From: an uncultured Desulfosarcina sp.
GTDB lineage: Bacteria; Desulfobacterota; Desulfobacteria; Desulfobacterales; Desulfosarcinaceae
Reading direction: 5' to 3'
DNA length: 64,000 bases
NCBI GenBank assembly: GCA_963674945.2
Contig: CAXXWQ010000004.1
Span: 1,984,001 to 2,048,000 of the forward strand
The notes under the pieces were generated by a model. That model saw only the letters and a list, made by a program, of their open reading frames with translations. It was not told the DNA's origin and did not search any database. Made by a program: the position numbers and the translations under genes. Within the stretch, counting starts at the first letter, position 1. Each line of letters opens with the position of its first letter. This document shows, piece by piece, positions 60,725 to 64,000 of the stretch.

Positions 60725-61750
60725 ATGAACGATCCGAGACTATCCCGCCTTCTCAATCGTCCCTTGCGCATCGGAAAGGCCGCCATCGACGGCCGCCTGA
60801 CGCTTGCTCCCATGACCCTTCTGGGACATATTGCATTCCGTGAACTTTTGGCTGGCTTCGGCGGCTACGGCCTGATGTTCGGCGAAATGTGTGCCGCCCG
60901 GCGAATCCCCAATGAAAACCCCGACCGTTCCGCATATTTCTGCTGGCGGGAGGAAGAAAAACAACAGTTGGTGATGCAGATTTTCGGGGCGGACCCGGCC
61001 CAGATGGCAACGGCGGCTGCAATCATCGAAGACAAAGGACTTTTCGGTGTGGACCTGAACTTCGGCTGCTCCGTGAAAAACATCTGTAAACGGCAATGCG
61101 GCGCAGCCCTGCTCAAGACACCGGCACTGGCCGTACGCATCGTAGAGGCCGTTCGGCGGGCCGTCGGATGCCCGCTGTTCGTCAAGTTTCGAACGGGCTG
61201 GACCGATGATCCGGATATCCCGGTGGCCCTGGCACGGCGATTCCAGTCGGCCGGCGCCGACGCCCTGACGTTTCATCCACGGGTGGCACCGGACCGACGG
61301 TCACGCCCCCCTCGCTGGGACTATATACGGCGGGTCAAGGATGCGGTCACCATTCCGGTATTCGGCAATGGAAACGTCTTCGATGGAGTCGACTGCCGAC
61401 GAATGCTGGAAACCACTGGCTGTGACGGCGTGGCCATCGGTCGCATGGCCATCGCCCGACCCTGGATCATGGCCGAATTGACCGGTAATACAACGCCCGC
61501 CCCCGACATCTATCGGCAAACGGCTTTCGCCATGTTGGATCTGGTGCAGAAACATTTCGACGAGAGGCGTGCCCTTCGACGGTACAAAAAATTCGCCGGC
61601 TACTACAGCGCCAACTTCAAGTTTGCCCATACCTTTTGCAAACGAACGGGAAATGCCGCGAGCATGGACGAGTTGCGGCAAGAGCTGGAATCCTTTTTCC
61701 AGAGTGACCCGGAAACGACCAAGCGTCCGAACATGAATTTTTTTCAGTAA
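60725..61750 (+). CDS. tRNA-dihydrouridine synthase family protein
   Basis: LAPM, QIFG, DLNFGC, GAALL, VKFR.G, FGNGNV, GVAIGR. Confidence 0.88.
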   Translation: MNDPRLSRLLNRPLRIGKAAIDGRLTLAPMTLLGHIAFRELLAGFGGYGLMFGEMCAARRIPNENPDRSAYFCWREEEKQQLVMQIFGADPAQMATAAAIIEDKGLFGVDLNFGCSVKNICKRQCGAALLKTPALAVRIVEAVRRAVGCPLFVKFRTGWTDDPDIPVALARRFQSAGADALTFHPRVAPDRRSRPPRWDYIRRVKDAVTIPVFGNGNVFDGVDCRRMLETTGCDGVAIGRMAIARPWIMAELTGNTTPAPDIYRQTAFAMLDLVQKHFDERRALRRYKKFAGYYSANFKFAHTFCKRTGNAASMDELRQELESFFQSDPETTKRPNMNFFQ

Positions 61751-61756
61751 AACAGA

Positions 61757-62524
61757 CTAGTTCCCAAAATATGTGCTGTACGCCAGCTTGAGGATCGTGA
61801 TCGCCACGACAATCAAGAAAAAACCCCGAACAAACGCCGTCCCCCTCTGGATCACCAGCCTCGAACCAAAAAATGCCCCCAACATCTGGCCAACCCCCAT
61901 GATCACGCCAGCGGAAACCATAACATGGCCGCCCAGAAAAAAGGCAGCCAAAGCAATCACGTTACTCGTAAAGTTAAAAACCTTGGTGTGTGCAGTGGCT
62001 TTTTTCAGGTTGAGCCCCAGCACGACCACGAGGACAATCGTCCAGAAGGATCCTGTTCCCGGGCCAAAAAAGCCGTCGTAAAATCCCAGCACCAGACCGG
62101 CACAAATGAAAAAAACCGGAGCGGCCAGATACGATCGTCGGTCCAACTTTCCCAGATCCGGAGACAACCAGGTAAAAAGAAAGATCCCTACCAGGAGAAA
62201 AAGGATGATATGCTGCAAAAAATCCGGTGACAACACCTGGACGGTCAGGGTCCCGGCAAGGGCACCCAGAGCGGTGAATAATACGCCGGTGGGGATCTCC
62301 TTGGGATTCACCAGTCCCATTCGAGTGTAGTTGACCGTTGCCGTCAGACTGCCGAAGGTTCCCTGGAGCTTGTTGGTACCCAACGCCAGATGGGGCGGCA
62401 TACCTGTGGCCAGCAACGCGGGCAGGGAGATAATCCCCCCACCACCTGCGATGGAGTCCACGAATCCGGCAAACAGGCCTGTAATCAAGAGAAAAAAATA
62501 TGCTGCGAAGGAGAGAATCTCCAT
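61757..62524 (-). CDS. TSUP/TauE-family membrane transporter (YfcA-like)
   Basis: AGFVDSIAGGGG, ALGTNKLQ, GFYDGFFGPGTGSF, KVFNFTSN. Confidence 0.9.
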   Translation of the reverse strand: MEILSFAAYFFLLITGLFAGFVDSIAGGGGIISLPALLATGMPPHLALGTNKLQGTFGSLTATVNYTRMGLVNPKEIPTGVLFTALGALAGTLTVQVLSPDFLQHIILFLLVGIFLFTWLSPDLGKLDRRSYLAAPVFFICAGLVLGFYDGFFGPGTGSFWTIVLVVVLGLNLKKATAHTKVFNFTSNVIALAAFFLGGHVMVSAGVIMGVGQMLGAFFGSRLVIQRGTAFVRGFFLIVVAITILKLAYSTYFGN

Positions 62525-62984
62525 TGGCAATCACCCTATATATAGATGTCCAGAAGCGTCCCCACCTGACCGCAGGTGATCAACCTGCCCTTGGGGCCAT
62601 ACCAGGGACCGGTTTCGGATTCGAAAATATCCACCCACACCGTTTGCCCGACACGCCACAGTCGACCGGAGGATTCACCGGAGGCGAGATGATTTTCGGC
62701 ATTGTTGTGCATCGGCGTGGATAGGGCGGCCGGCACGAGGGCGGTGGTTTGAGCCATGCAAAAACTTTCGGCAATTTACGCAAAGTTCGATGTTAAACAT
62801 TTTTCATCTGTCCGCCGATTGATGGAACGCAACAATCGTACAAAAAAGATAAAATTTGTTACAAATTGTAATCATTGGTTATTTTAGCGCCCATGGGCAC
62901 GAAAAACGGTTTCGCTGCAAATTCTGCCCGGTCATTTTTACCCAATAACTGAAAACCGAAAGATCATGCTTTACAAACAGGTGT

Positions 62985-63269
62985 TTACGAATTTCGCTTT
63001 GGCGGTGTAGAGAAAAATGGGAGGACCAATGTTTCAGATTTTTCATTCGGAAGTGTCTTGGCAGCGGCATCGTTATCCTCAGAGGATTCCATCTGCCGGA
63101 GCTTTTCCCGGGCCGCTTTGGAGATAGTGACCCGGTCGACGACGCCAAAGGGCCGCTCATCGGCGGATTGACGCCCATGGGCCAATGGATCTTTGTGCGT
63201 AATTCGACGGATCGGTGCGATCTTCCGGTTGTCTACGACGATATATGGTGTGTTGTCATCTATTTTCAT
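62985..63269 (-). CDS. Small hypothetical protein with FlgM-like DRVTIS motif
   Basis: 94-aa ATG-initiated ORF MKIDD...GVVDRVTISKAAREK. Confidence 0.5.
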   Translation of the reverse strand: MKIDDNTPYIVVDNRKIAPIRRITHKDPLAHGRQSADERPFGVVDRVTISKAAREKLRQMESSEDNDAAAKTLPNEKSETLVLPFFSTPPKRNS

Positions 63270-63562
63270 GGTGTCTCGACCGTATCTTTCATTTCACTCG
63301 ATTCACATTTCATAAGTATCGCGATACGTCTCCTCGGTCGAAGATTTCTTTTAATCATACAAATAATAAGCATTATCAAGCAAAAATGAACGGCCGGGTT
63401 GAAGTTGGTAATGAAAAAGGGTAGAAACGAAAGAACGTATCAGAAAAATTGCACACTGGTATCAACAAATAATTCCCTTGTCCGCTTTTTTTTTCAAACC
63501 GGGATAACGATAGGACTGTTTGCCACAGCAATCTCAGTGCCCCCTTGCAGGAGCTGTTTTCA

Positions 63563-63907
63563 ATGACCCCATACGAACTGTCGAAATTAATACACGTGGA
63601 ATTGTCCCCGGTGGCACCAAAACTCTCTGCCGCCATCAATCGGGCACTGGTCGATATCGGAGAGGGATCCGTATTCGTTGGCCTGGGGCCCGGGACCCAC
63701 GAGAACGACGACGTTTCTTTTCAGGAATCGGAAACGTTCAATGCAAAAGGCCCGGAGGCCGAAGGTATCCTTGCCAAAATACACGAAATGATGTGGAAAC
63801 TGGAAGAACACAGTTCTTGGAAGGTAATCATCGATAAGAAACCGGGAAAAAAAAGAGCACCCCTGGAACTTCTTTACACTCTGGTAAGAACCCCGAAACA
63901 TTTTTAG
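63563..63907 (+). CDS. Hypothetical protein (114 aa)
   Basis: AGGAG RBS; globular-looking ORF MTPYELSKLIHVELSP...WKVIIDKKP...LLYTL. Confidence 0.7.
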   Translation: MTPYELSKLIHVELSPVAPKLSAAINRALVDIGEGSVFVGLGPGTHENDDVSFQESETFNAKGPEAEGILAKIHEMMWKLEEHSSWKVIIDKKPGKKRAPLELLYTLVRTPKHF

Positions 63908-63913
63908 TGCCAT

Positions 63914-63947
63914 AAAAAGGGTGTGGGGCGGTCAAGGACCGCCCCAC
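63914..63947. terminator. Strong hairpin, probable terminator
   Basis: GTGGGGCGGTC-AAG-GACCGCCCCAC perfect 11-bp stem with an A-run on its left. Confidence 0.6.
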
Positions 63948-64000
63948 GGGCAGAAGGAGTTAGATGAAAGAAGAGGAGGTCTTTCAATCCGGCGACAATC

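Noticed and set aside
62536..62757. 73-aa minus-strand ORF upstream of the TSUP gene
   Set aside because: No recognisable domain or clear RBS; coding status cannot be supported

Overview
Chromosomal window from a GC-rich sulfate-reducing deltaproteobacterium, most likely Desulfobacterales (inferred from sat, rnfCDGEAB, tupABC and the family of intergenic repeats). It holds about 55 protein genes, mostly housekeeping or energy related: pheA (3' end), mntP, pyrC, hisE-hisG, mutY, rnf, uraA-cmoAB, tauE-sat, flgM, ferritin, tamB plus an Omp85 gene, tupABC with its regulator, the rplU-rpmA-obgE-proBA-nadD-rsfS-gpmI-recX run, and fdhD-dus. I saw no rRNA, tRNA, CRISPR array or prophage. Five things go beyond the ORF track. 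(1) An anion-selective porin and a secreted diheme protein with a sulfite-oxidase-like fold form an operon whose upstream region shares a 27-bp motif with the promoter of the tungstate-transport regulator; this may be an outer-membrane W/Mo oxyanion uptake module. (2) A DsbA/FrnE-family gene has an in-frame TGA in a UxxC active site, so it is a probable selenoprotein that the ORF track misses. (3) A class III nucleotide cyclase with non-canonical specificity residues converges on a stand-alone cNMP-binding protein. (4) An internally deleted RAYT-type HUH transposase gene sits between perfect 27-bp inverted repeats. (5) A ~125-bp palindromic MITE/REP-like element occurs four times, with related relics. 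The window also has an actinobacterial-type hisE-hisG pair and an M48 peptidase deletion pseudogene. All family calls come from motif recognition by eye; no database searches were run.
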